DNA of 64,000 bases from Bifidobacterium breve (lineage in GTDB: Bacteria; Myxococcota_A; UBA796; SXON01): contig CALQBK020000001.1 in the NCBI GenBank assembly GCA_943328795.2, forward strand, positions 17,200-81,199. Reading direction: 5' to 3'. The translations under genes and the position numbers were made by a program. Positions 42,673 through 51,455 of the stretch are shown piece after piece. Position 1 is the first letter of the stretch. Each line of letters begins with the position of its first letter. The notes beneath the pieces are model-generated. The model was given only the letters and a program-made list of their open reading frames with translations. It made no database searches and was not told where the DNA came from.

Positions 42673-43142
42673 TCACCCTTCGCTCCCTCGCGCTCGGGGC
42701 GCTCCTCGCCGCGGGCAGCTTCGGCGTCCCCGCGTTCACCCCGGACGCCTTCGCCGCAGAGGACCGGCTGCCGAGCCGCATCCAGCTCACCGTGCTCGTC
42801 GTCCACGCGACGGACAGCGAGTCGGGGGTCGACCCGCGGCTCGCTTCGCTCGCGAGCTCGTTCCGATACTTCAAGTACAAGGGCTACCGGCTGCTCTCGC
42901 AGCAGAGCTCGGACCTCGCGGTGAACGCGTCGTCCACGTACTCGGTGGAGGGCGGCCGCAAGGTGAAGGTCACGCTGTTGTCGATGGACGAAGCTCGGGC
43001 CAAGCTCCGCGTCGAGATGTCCAACGAGCAGGGCAAGGTGCTCGACACCACCGTGAACATCAACCGCGACGGCACGTTCATCATCTCCGGCCCGAAGTAC
43101 AAGGACGGCATCCTGATGCTGCCGCTGCGGGCCTCCTACTAG
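42669..43142 (+). CDS. Secreted hypothetical protein (157 aa), third gene of the ECF sigma operon
   Basis: The TTG at 42669 overlaps the anti-sigma stop (TTGA). Signal peptide (M)ITLRSLALGALLAAGSFGVPAFTPDAFA. Beta-rich mature part. Confidence 0.7.
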   Translation: MITLRSLALGALLAAGSFGVPAFTPDAFAAEDRLPSRIQLTVLVVHATDSESGVDPRLASLASSFRYFKYKGYRLLSQQSSDLAVNASSTYSVEGGRKVKVTLLSMDEARAKLRVEMSNEQGKVLDTTVNINRDGTFIISGPKYKDGILMLPLRASY

Positions 43143-43157
43143 CTCTTCCGCGGTGCC

Positions 43158-44342
43158 CTACGGCAGCGGAGAGCCGCGCGGATCGCCCGCCCGCTTCTCG
43201 AGGTTGTCCGACGCGAGCTCGTGGAAGCGCGTCGCCAGGCCCCGCACGAGCGGGCCGAGCCACCGGTTGCGGCCGAGCTCGGCGTCCAGCGCCTCGCGGG
43301 TGATGACGCGCACCATCACGTCGCTGACGGCGACGACGCTGGCGACCCGCGGGCCCCCCGCCAACAGCGCGGCTTCGCCGAAGATCTCGCCGGGCCCGAG
43401 CTCCGCGATCGGCCCGCCGTTCTGGCGCACCTCGCAGGTGCCGGCGTCGAGCAGATAGGCGGCGTCGGCCTTGTCGCCCTCGTGGATGATCTCGGTCTCG
43501 GCCTCGTAGAACCGGCGCTCGAACCACCAGCCGCCATCGAGCATCGCGCGCAGGTCTGCCGTCAGCTCGACCATGCTCGGGTACCGGGCCGACGGGTTCG
43601 GCTGGAGCGCGCGCATCGTGATGCGGACGAGCTCGTACGGCAGCTTCCGCTCCGGCGCGATCGCGGTCGGGGGGACCGGCGCGCGGCCGGACGCTGCGTT
43701 GGCAGCGCGCTCGTTGGCCGACGCCCCGGCGTTGGGGCGCGCGCCGCACAGCACGGAGTACAGGATCGCGCCCACGCCCCACACGTCCGTCGCCGGTGAG
43801 CAGGCCTCGCCGCGGGCTTGCTCAGGCGCCATCCAGCCGGTGGTGCCAGCGAACGGGTCCTCGACCTCGCCCGCGACCTGGGCGATCCCCCAGTCCATCA
43901 AGTACACCTGGCCGAACCGCCCCACCATGATGTTCTCGGGCTTCAAGTCGCGGTGGATGATGCCCCTGGAGTGCGCGAACGCCAGCGCGTCGCACACCTT
44001 GATCAGGGTGTCGAGCACCTGGCTCACGAGCGCGACGCTGAACGGCTCCCCGCGCAGCAGCGCGCCCAGGGTCGCCCCCTCCACGCGCTTCATCGTGAAC
44101 CAGGTGTTCCCCAGGTCGTGCACCGGCACGATGTTCGGGTGCTCGAGCTGTGCCGTGACGCGCGCCTCGCGCTGGAACTTCCGCAGCCGCTCGGGCTCGT
44201 CGACCTGGCTCACCTTCATCGCGACCGCGCGGCCGAGCACCTCGTCCATGGTCAGGTGGATCTCGGCGGTGCCGCCGCGGGCGAACGCGCCGAGGTCGGT
44301 GTAGCGCTCTGGGGAACGATCCGGGGGCAGGGACTTGGACAT
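43158..44342 (-). CDS. Ser/Thr protein kinase fused to a C-terminal cyclic-nucleotide-binding domain
   Basis: Kinase motifs VAMKV, HRDLKPENIMV, MDWGIA and WMAPE. The C-terminal cNMP-binding-like fold reads IIHEGDKADAAYLLDAGTCEV...GPGEIFGEAALL...RVASVVA. Confidence 0.9.
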   Translation of the reverse strand: MSKSLPPDRSPERYTDLGAFARGGTAEIHLTMDEVLGRAVAMKVSQVDEPERLRKFQREARVTAQLEHPNIVPVHDLGNTWFTMKRVEGATLGALLRGEPFSVALVSQVLDTLIKVCDALAFAHSRGIIHRDLKPENIMVGRFGQVYLMDWGIAQVAGEVEDPFAGTTGWMAPEQARGEACSPATDVWGVGAILYSVLCGARPNAGASANERAANAASGRAPVPPTAIAPERKLPYELVRITMRALQPNPSARYPSMVELTADLRAMLDGGWWFERRFYEAETEIIHEGDKADAAYLLDAGTCEVRQNGGPIAELGPGEIFGEAALLAGGPRVASVVAVSDVMVRVITREALDAELGRNRWLGPLVRGLATRFHELASDNLEKRAGDPRGSPLP

Positions 44343-44405
44343 GCCGACGCCTATCGAGTCTCCATCCGTTGTCCCGTCCGCCGCCTGTGAACTGTCCTCA
44401 CCCCG

Positions 44406-45689
44406 TCAGCGGGCTGGCTCGTGGCTCGTCGAGCGCTTCAGCTCGGCGGAGTAGATGGACTCGGGATCTAGCCGCCGGGACACGCTCGTGGAGATCGCGG
44501 TCGCGAGCAGCAGCGGGAGCACGATGTCGTAGTCGCCGGAGACCTCGAACACCAGGATCGCCGACATCGCGGGCGCGTGTGTCGCGGCGGCGGTGACCGC
44601 GGCCATCCCGACGAGCGCGTAGCTGGCCGCGGGGCCGACGCTCTCCCCGAGCACCGCGGCGAAGCCCTGGCCGACGAGCGCGCCAAGCGCGGCTCCGAGC
44701 AACAGCGTCGGCGTGAACACGCCGCCCGGGCTGCCGGACCCCACGGACACCGACGTCGCCACCATCTTCGCGAGGGGCACCACGAGGAGCAGCCCCAGCG
44801 GGTACTGGCCGTCCAGGATGCCGCGCAGGGGCTCGTAGCCGTTCCCTGCGACGCCGGGCACGAACACGAGCACGAGGCCGAGCGCGAGGCCCCCGAGGCC
44901 CGCACGCCAGGGCTGTGGGACCTGGGTGCGGGCGAACAGCCGCTCGGTGGCGGACAGCATCCAGCGAAACCCCGTCGCAGCAGGCGCGGCGAGTAGCCCG
45001 AGGATCGCGTAGAGGCCGAGCTCCCAGGGGCCCGCCAGGTGGAACCCGCGCGAGCCGTACAGCGGGCCACCCCCGATCGCCGCGCGCGTGATCACCGTAG
45101 CGAGCGCCGTCGCCGCGAACGCGGGCAGGATGCTGTCGAGCGCGACGATGCCGGTGACGACCTCCAGCACGAACATCAGCGCGGCCAGCGGCGTGTTGTA
45201 GGCGGCCGCGAACCCCGCTGCGGTGCCCGCCGCGATCATCGCGCGCCGCGTGTCCGGCGGCAGGCCGAGCGTCTTCGACACGATCTTGCCCCAGCTGCCC
45301 CCGAACTGGACGAGCGGGCCCTCTCGACCGACCGATGCGCCCCCAGCCAGCGCGAGCCAGGTCCCGACCGAGCGGAGCAGCGTGCCCAGCATCGAGAGCT
45401 TGACCCGCCCGAACGCGACGGCCTCCATCACCTCTCCGACGCCCGCTCCCGGGCCCTTCTTCGCCGCCGCCCGGCTGAACAGCCCCGCGAGCAGGCCCCC
45501 CATGACGGCGACCAGCACACGGACGCCTGCGGGCATCGCGACCATCGCGCTGACGACGTCCGGGTGCCCGTACGCGGTCCGGAAGAACATCGACAGGCTC
45601 GCCCGGAACACGATCGCGAAGGTGGAGGCGCCGACGGCGACCGCGACGAGCGCCACGACCCAGCGGCCCGCGCTGGCAAGGCGAACCAA
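44406..45689 (-). CDS. ClC-family voltage-gated chloride channel / H+-Cl- antiporter
   Basis: ClC signatures GASVGREGP, GAAYNTPLAA-type (AAAYNTPLAALMF), GSGSPGGVFTPTL and the terminal helices. Start proposed at TTG 45689 ((M)VRLASAGRWVVALVAVAVG). The track ORF extends to 46526 only because the frame stays open. Confidence 0.85.
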   Translation of the reverse strand: MVRLASAGRWVVALVAVAVGASTFAIVFRASLSMFFRTAYGHPDVVSAMVAMPAGVRVLVAVMGGLLAGLFSRAAAKKGPGAGVGEVMEAVAFGRVKLSMLGTLLRSVGTWLALAGGASVGREGPLVQFGGSWGKIVSKTLGLPPDTRRAMIAAGTAAGFAAAYNTPLAALMFVLEVVTGIVALDSILPAFAATALATVITRAAIGGGPLYGSRGFHLAGPWELGLYAILGLLAAPAATGFRWMLSATERLFARTQVPQPWRAGLGGLALGLVLVFVPGVAGNGYEPLRGILDGQYPLGLLLVVPLAKMVATSVSVGSGSPGGVFTPTLLLGAALGALVGQGFAAVLGESVGPAASYALVGMAAVTAAATHAPAMSAILVFEVSGDYDIVLPLLLATAISTSVSRRLDPESIYSAELKRSTSHEPAR

Positions 45690-45712
45690 GGCGGGCTCGG
45701 GAGGCGGGTTCG

Positions 45713-46609
45713 TCAGCCGGGGCCCCGGAGCCGAGGTGGATACCCCTGCAAGACGCGCTCCTTCAGCAGCGGGGCGATGCGGTCGGCGTCGTCTACGCTC
45801 CGCGGCAGGGGGAGAAGCGCGACGTCCGCCGGCGAGCGCGACAGCGTGCGAAGTGCGTGCACCTCGCAGGGGTCGACGCGCTCGGGGACCAGGTAGTGGC
45901 GGTGGCACGCGTGGAAGAGGCGAGGGAACGCCGCCGCGAGGTGGACGGGGATCGAGCGTTCGGCCTCGTGCCCCGTCCACCGCACGACCGGCATCAGCGG
46001 GATGCCGATGGTCGGCGGGGGCTCTCGGAAGTCGGGCTGGGTGTAGGGCAGCCGGGCGGGGTCGATGATCGAGAAGCCGGACCGGCCGTACGCGACGAGG
46101 CGGATGATCGACGCGGGGTCGGACAGGTCGATCGGCTCCATCTCGGCGGCGAGCAGGATCTCCGGTGGCTTGGCGCACACGCGGGCGGTCACCTCGCGAC
46201 CGAGGGTGACCGGCATCGCCCGGAACAGCGCCGCGAGCCCCGAGCGCCGGCACTCGGGCACGACGTAGGAGTGCGACAGCGCCATGATGCAGACCCCGGC
46301 GTCCAGGTCGAGGTCCGCGTAGCAGTCGCGCACGCCGACGAGCGTGTCGCCCTCCCAAGCCAGCACCATCCGGTAGTGGCCCTCCATCTGCGCGCCGTAG
46401 TCGAGCACGCCGGCTCGGACGAACCCAGCGAGCGTGTCCCAGGTCTCGAGCTCGCCGCGCGGCCCAAAGTAGCTGTCGAGCAGCGCGTAGGCGCGATCGA
46501 AGCTCGGCCCCACGGTCTCCAGGCACTCCAGCCTGTACATCCCCGCGGCGGTCGAGACCTTGGCCAGGTCGGCCGGCGCGACGTCTGCGAGGTCGATCAC
46601 CGAGCTCAC
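45713..46609 (-). CDS. GNAT-like acetyltransferase-fold protein (298 aa, putative)
   Basis: The GTG at 46609 overlaps the helicase stop (GTGA). The segment ALSHSYVVPECRRSGLAALF matches the GNAT acetyl-CoA motif A (R-x-x-G-x-A). The rest is unrecognised. Confidence 0.65.
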   Translation of the reverse strand: MSSVIDLADVAPADLAKVSTAAGMYRLECLETVGPSFDRAYALLDSYFGPRGELETWDTLAGFVRAGVLDYGAQMEGHYRMVLAWEGDTLVGVRDCYADLDLDAGVCIMALSHSYVVPECRRSGLAALFRAMPVTLGREVTARVCAKPPEILLAAEMEPIDLSDPASIIRLVAYGRSGFSIIDPARLPYTQPDFREPPPTIGIPLMPVVRWTGHEAERSIPVHLAAAFPRLFHACHRHYLVPERVDPCEVHALRTLSRSPADVALLPLPRSVDDADRIAPLLKERVLQGYPPRLRGPG

Positions 46610-49170
46610 GGACCTACCCCGAGCAGCTCGATGATCGGCCCATCCGGGTTGGTGTCGCCGCGAAGGTCGACGCGCGCCTCGATCGACCACGCGCCCTCGT
46701 CCATCTCGTCGTCCTGCTCGAATTCGTCGGCGAGCGTTCGCTCCCGCACGGGGGTCGGGAGCACTTGGCGCACGAGCCACTGGTGCGGCCCGGACGGCCG
46801 AACCGTCGTGAACGTGGCGCCGCGCGCGCGGTGGTCGAACTGCACACCCCCGTGCTCCTCGATGAACGGGGCGAGGGCGCGCTCGAGCTCGGCAGGCCCC
46901 CACGGGCCCTCCTCCGGCCGCCGGATCAGCGCCGCCGCCTCCTCCCAGTCCTGGCGGGAGAGCGCCTTCAATAGGCCGTGGAGCTCGGCCCGCACGCGCG
47001 CGACGAACACCCGGCGGTCCGCGGAGATGTCCACCTTGCGTACAGTCGCAGCCGGGGCATCCCCGCCGCTCAGCAGCGTCTCCCACTCGGTCAACAGGCT
47101 CGCGTCCACGGTCGCCAACATGGCCCGCAGGTACGCGAGCAAGTCGAGCATGCCGTCGCTGTGGTTGTCCACGGGCACGTTTTGGACCAGCGCCTTGTAC
47201 ACGTCCGTGACGTAGCGGAGCAGCACGCCTTCTGAGCGTTGGAGCCCCAGGTCCTTCACGTAGTCCGCAAACGACGTGTAGATGGCCGACATCTCGCCGA
47301 CGACGGACTTGGGCCGGATGGCCTCGGCCGAGAGCCAAGGGTGGCGCTCCTTGTAGCTGTTGAAGTACTCGTAGATCGCGTCGGCGCCCGGCTTTGGCCA
47401 GCTGATCTCCTCCAGCGCCGTGATCCGCTCCTCGTACGGCACGCCCGCCGCCTTCAAGGCCTGCAACGCTTGGAACCGCTCCCGGTCTTGCTGCTTCATC
47501 AGGACCGGGCGAGGGTTCTCCAGGATGGCCTCGACCCAAGTCAACGTGTCCGTCGTGTGGGTTGGGGACTTCGGATCGAGCGTGCCCAGCGCGTCGAGCA
47601 GGAAGAGCGACAGCGAGTGGTGCAGGCTGAAGTCGTGCTGTAGAGTTGGGTCGAGGACCAACACACCGCGGTCCTCCCCGACGACGTGCGCCTGCCGCAA
47701 GTTGTCGAGCAACCCGGCGGCGGCGGCGCGGAGCTTGTCCTTCTCTGCGGTCGAGCCGTGACTGCGGTCGATCAGCTCCAGCAGCACCTCGTAGCCCCGC
47801 CGTGCGTCGCCGTGGGCCTCCTGGGCGTGTTGCATCAGCGCGAGCAGGCGGCCGTGGTCCACGCTGAACTTGCTCTCGAGCGTCTCCGGCGGGCGCTCAC
47901 ACAGCTGGTTGAACGTGTCTTGGTCCCAGTGCTTGTAGCCCTTCGTGGGGGGCTGGGCTTTCACGATCTTCCGGCGCTTCTTGGGGTCGGTGACCCGGAT
48001 GTCGGTGACCAGGTTCTCGATCACGTGGGCCGGGGCCTGGGCGACGACGTAGCCGACCGTGTCGTACCCGGCGCGGCCGGCACGCCCCGCGATCTGCTTG
48101 AACTCGCGCACCTTGAGGATCCCGACCTTCTCCCCGTCGAACTTGCACAGCTGGGTGAACAGGACCGTGCGGATCGGGACGTTGATCCCAACCCCGAGGG
48201 TGTCCGTCCCGCAGATGATCTTCAGCAGTCCCTGCTGGGCCAGCCGCTCGACCAGCAGACGGTAGCGGGGGAGCAGGCCGGCGTGGTGGAGGCCGATGCC
48301 GTGCATCACGTAGCGTCGCATCGTGGCGCCGAACGGGCTGTGGAACCGAAAACCGTGGAGGGCGGCGGCGATCGCCTTCTTCTCCTCCTTCGTGCAATAG
48401 TCCAAGCTCATCAGCGCCTGGGCTTGGTCGGTCGCGTCGTTCTGGGTGAAGTGCACGACGTAGACGGGGGCCTTGCCTTCTCGCACGAGGGTAGACAACG
48501 CCTCGGTGAACGGGCGTTGGCTGTACGAGAACTCGAGCGGCACGGGGCGATGCGCGCCGTACACCTCGACGACGGGCCTCCCGGTGCGCGCTGCGAGGTC
48601 CTCGCGGATGACGCGCGTGTCCCCCAGGGTCGCCGACATCAACAGGAACGTGGCCCTCGGCAGCGTGAGCAGCGGGAGCTGCCAGGCCATCCCCCGGTCG
48701 CGATCGGCGTAGTAGTGGAACTCGTCCATGACCACGCTGGTGACGTCGGCGTCTTCGCCTTCGCCAAGCGCGATGTTCGCCAAGATCTCGGCGGTGCAGC
48801 ACATGATCGGCGCGTCCCGGTTCACCGCGCCGTCCCCCGTGATCATCCCGACGTGGGCGGCGCCGAACGTGCGGCACAGCTCGAAGAACTTCTCGCTCAC
48901 GAGCGCCTTGATCGGCGCCGTGTACCAGGCGCGGCCGAGCCCCGCGAACGTCTTGAAGTGCATCGCCGTAGCGACCAGCGACTTCCCGGACCCCGTCGGG
49001 GCGTCGAGCACGACGCTGTTCCCGGAGAACAACTCCAGGATGGCCTCCTCCTGGTGCGGGTAGAGCACGATGCCCTGGTCGGACACCCACCCGAGGAACG
49101 CCTCGAGCAGGTCGTCCGGGTGCTGGAATCCGTGCTCGGGGATGCGCTGGTCGAGTGTGGGCACGGGCAT
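46606..49170 (-). CDS. DEAD/DEAH-box superfamily 2 helicase with long C-terminal domain (DUF3516-type)
   Basis: ATG at 49170. Motif I DAPTGSGKS, motif II MDEFHY, motif III MSATLG, and the helicase C motifs GIGLHHAGL and QIAGRAGRAG. Confidence 0.9.
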   Translation of the reverse strand: MPVPTLDQRIPEHGFQHPDDLLEAFLGWVSDQGIVLYPHQEEAILELFSGNSVVLDAPTGSGKSLVATAMHFKTFAGLGRAWYTAPIKALVSEKFFELCRTFGAAHVGMITGDGAVNRDAPIMCCTAEILANIALGEGEDADVTSVVMDEFHYYADRDRGMAWQLPLLTLPRATFLLMSATLGDTRVIREDLAARTGRPVVEVYGAHRPVPLEFSYSQRPFTEALSTLVREGKAPVYVVHFTQNDATDQAQALMSLDYCTKEEKKAIAAALHGFRFHSPFGATMRRYVMHGIGLHHAGLLPRYRLLVERLAQQGLLKIICGTDTLGVGINVPIRTVLFTQLCKFDGEKVGILKVREFKQIAGRAGRAGYDTVGYVVAQAPAHVIENLVTDIRVTDPKKRRKIVKAQPPTKGYKHWDQDTFNQLCERPPETLESKFSVDHGRLLALMQHAQEAHGDARRGYEVLLELIDRSHGSTAEKDKLRAAAAGLLDNLRQAHVVGEDRGVLVLDPTLQHDFSLHHSLSLFLLDALGTLDPKSPTHTTDTLTWVEAILENPRPVLMKQQDRERFQALQALKAAGVPYEERITALEEISWPKPGADAIYEYFNSYKERHPWLSAEAIRPKSVVGEMSAIYTSFADYVKDLGLQRSEGVLLRYVTDVYKALVQNVPVDNHSDGMLDLLAYLRAMLATVDASLLTEWETLLSGGDAPAATVRKVDISADRRVFVARVRAELHGLLKALSRQDWEEAAALIRRPEEGPWGPAELERALAPFIEEHGGVQFDHRARGATFTTVRPSGPHQWLVRQVLPTPVRERTLADEFEQDDEMDEGAWSIEARVDLRGDTNPDGPIIELLGVGP

Positions 49171-49331
49171 CGCGCTGGCTAACTCACGACGCGCCCTGGG
49201 AGCGCGCCTGGGCCCGGGCACGGGGCGCCCTCGCGGCTGCGCGCCCCGCACGCCGCGGGGTGATCAGGTCATGCGCACACCCGCCCCGCGCGTGCTATGG
49301 ATATCGCAGGCCGGATACGAACAACTCCGCA

Positions 49332-51455
49332 ATGCAACGCCCCCTGAGATCCCTTCGTCGAGCCCCGTCCACCTGCGTCGCTTGCGGGCGGCTGGTCGAT
49401 TCGAACGACGCCGCGTGCCCCCGGTGTGGCGCGGAGCGGCCGGCCGTCGGATGGCCGGCGATGAGCGCGATTCGGCCGGACGACTCGCCGGCCATCGAGC
49501 TAAGCGGCCCTCCGCCTGCGCAGCCTGCGCGGCCTGAGGACGACGAGGACGCGTACCCGCACACCGAGGAGGTCCCCGAGTCGGTGTTCGACCTCTCGCG
49601 CCCCACCGGGGTGCTCGTCGGGGTGCGCCGGTCGGGGATCCAAGAGCCAACGGCGGCGGCGGCCGATCCAGAGACCACGGGCCCGTTCAGCCCGGTGCGA
49701 ATCCGGGTGGGCCCGCGGGTCGAAGCGGAGGACAAGGCGCCGGAGATGCTCGAAGCGGCCGACTACAGCGGGGGCTCGCACGAGAACGACGAGGGGCGGC
49801 TGTACTCCGGCCGCTACTGGATCGAGGAGACCCTGTCGTCCGGCGTCGGCGCGATGCGCTACCGGGCCGTCCAAGAGCCCGCGGTGCGCCGCGTGGTGCT
49901 CACGGTGCTGCGCGCGGAGCGGCCGCCGGAGGTGCAGCAGGCGTTGGAGTCGCGGTTCTTGAAGGAGGCGCGCCTCTTGGCCCGGGTTCGACACCCGTGC
50001 TTGGCGCCAGTGCACGACGCGGGGCGGGCGCTCGACGGCACGTGCTTCGCGACCGAGGAGGTGCTGTACGGCTCAACGTTCTCGGCGATGTGCCTGAAGG
50101 GCGCGATGGGCCCCGACGTCCTGCTCGCCGTCCTGCTGGACGCCACGAGCGCGCTCGCGGCGATGCACGACGCGGGGGTGATCCACCGCGCGCTGCGTGG
50201 GGACGCGATCGTGGTCCCCGCAGCCGGCGCGCGTGGACAGCGTGAGCCCGCGCAGCTCGGGCGCTTCGGCTGGCACGTCGTGCCCGAGGACCTCGCGGCG
50301 GACGACGACGTGGACTCGGCACTCGCTGCCGCGCCCGAGGTGCTGGCCGGGCAGGAGCCCGACGAGCTGTCGGACGTCTACTCGCTCGGCGTGCTGATGT
50401 ACCGGGCCCTGGTCGGGCGGCCCCCGTATGCCGGGGCAGCCGCCGCCGTGCGTGAAGCTGTGCTCGCGGGCGAGCCGCTGGTGCTGCCCGCCGCCACGGG
50501 GCTCGGTGGGCAGCTCACCCGCATCGCGACACGGTGCTTGGCGCGCCGCCCCGAAGATCGCGTCGCGTCCGCCGGGGCGCTGCACGACGCGCTGGCCGAC
50601 CTCGCAAAGCCCGCGCCGGTGGCCGCTCCCGCGTCCGTCGTGGTCCAGGCGCCGCGCCCGTTCCCCTGGGGCTGGGCCGCCGCGGCGCTCATCGGCACCG
50701 CAGTCCCGAGCCTCGCGCTGCTCTTCGTCGTCACCCGGCCCCCGGTCGAGGCGCCGCCAGTGGCCGCGGCCCCCGTGCCGAGCGCGCTCGCAAGCGTGGC
50801 CCCCACAGCACCCGTCGATCCCGCGCCGCCGGTAGCCACAGTCGCCCCCGCCGTCGCCCGCGCGCCCGCGGTCCCCCCCGCGAAGGCCTCGCCCCCGCCC
50901 GCGCGGGTCGAGCCGGCCCGCCCGCCGCGTGAGCCCGCCCCCGTTCGTCCGCCCCGCGCGGCTGAGCCGGCAGCCCCCCCTCGCGCGGTCCCCGTCGTGC
51001 GCGACGTCCCCGCCGCGACGCCCGCCGCGACCCCCGCCCCGACGCCCGCGCCTGTCGCCGTTGCGGCGCAGCCTGAGCCGCCGCCGGACGCGCCGCCCCC
51101 CGTTCCCGTGGCGGTCGCCCCGCCGCCCGCACCCGTCTCGAGCGGTCCGGTCGTCCCGGGTGCCGCGGGCTTGAGCGGGCTCTGGCTCGGCAAAGCCCCC
51201 GGGGCCACGCTGGCGTTGGACCTCACGGTGGGCGGAGATGGCAAGGTCTCCGGCCGTGCCCGGCGCAGCGACGAGCCCGGCGAGGGCCGCGTGTCGGGCC
51301 GCGTCCGGCAGACCGACGCCGGGCTGGAGGTCAACCTCGTGGTCACCGGCGGCGGCGCTGTCGAGACGTACAGCGGCGTCGTGGTCGATGGGCAGCTCGT
51401 TGGCCGTGTCTCCACCGACGGAAAGCCTGGCGGGCGCTTCAACGCGAAGCGCTGA
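49332..51455 (+). CDS. Membrane-anchored Ser/Thr pseudokinase with N-terminal zinc ribbon and Pro/Ala-rich extracytoplasmic region
   Basis: ATG at 49332. Zinc ribbon CVACG...CPRCG. Kinase fold is recognisable (AAPEVLAG, DVYSLGVLMYRALVGRPPY), but the catalytic positions are substituted: no beta3 Lys (VVLTVL), HRALRGDA in place of HRDLKxxN, and RFG in place of DFG. One TM helix (WAAAALIGTAVPSLALLFVV). Confidence 0.85.
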   Translation: MQRPLRSLRRAPSTCVACGRLVDSNDAACPRCGAERPAVGWPAMSAIRPDDSPAIELSGPPPAQPARPEDDEDAYPHTEEVPESVFDLSRPTGVLVGVRRSGIQEPTAAAADPETTGPFSPVRIRVGPRVEAEDKAPEMLEAADYSGGSHENDEGRLYSGRYWIEETLSSGVGAMRYRAVQEPAVRRVVLTVLRAERPPEVQQALESRFLKEARLLARVRHPCLAPVHDAGRALDGTCFATEEVLYGSTFSAMCLKGAMGPDVLLAVLLDATSALAAMHDAGVIHRALRGDAIVVPAAGARGQREPAQLGRFGWHVVPEDLAADDDVDSALAAAPEVLAGQEPDELSDVYSLGVLMYRALVGRPPYAGAAAAVREAVLAGEPLVLPAATGLGGQLTRIATRCLARRPEDRVASAGALHDALADLAKPAPVAAPASVVVQAPRPFPWGWAAAALIGTAVPSLALLFVVTRPPVEAPPVAAAPVPSALASVAPTAPVDPAPPVATVAPAVARAPAVPPAKASPPPARVEPARPPREPAPVRPPRAAEPAAPPRAVPVVRDVPAATPAATPAPTPAPVAVAAQPEPPPDAPPPVPVAVAPPPAPVSSGPVVPGAAGLSGLWLGKAPGATLALDLTVGGDGKVSGRARRSDEPGEGRVSGRVRQTDAGLEVNLVVTGGGAVETYSGVVVDGQLVGRVSTDGKPGGRFNAKR

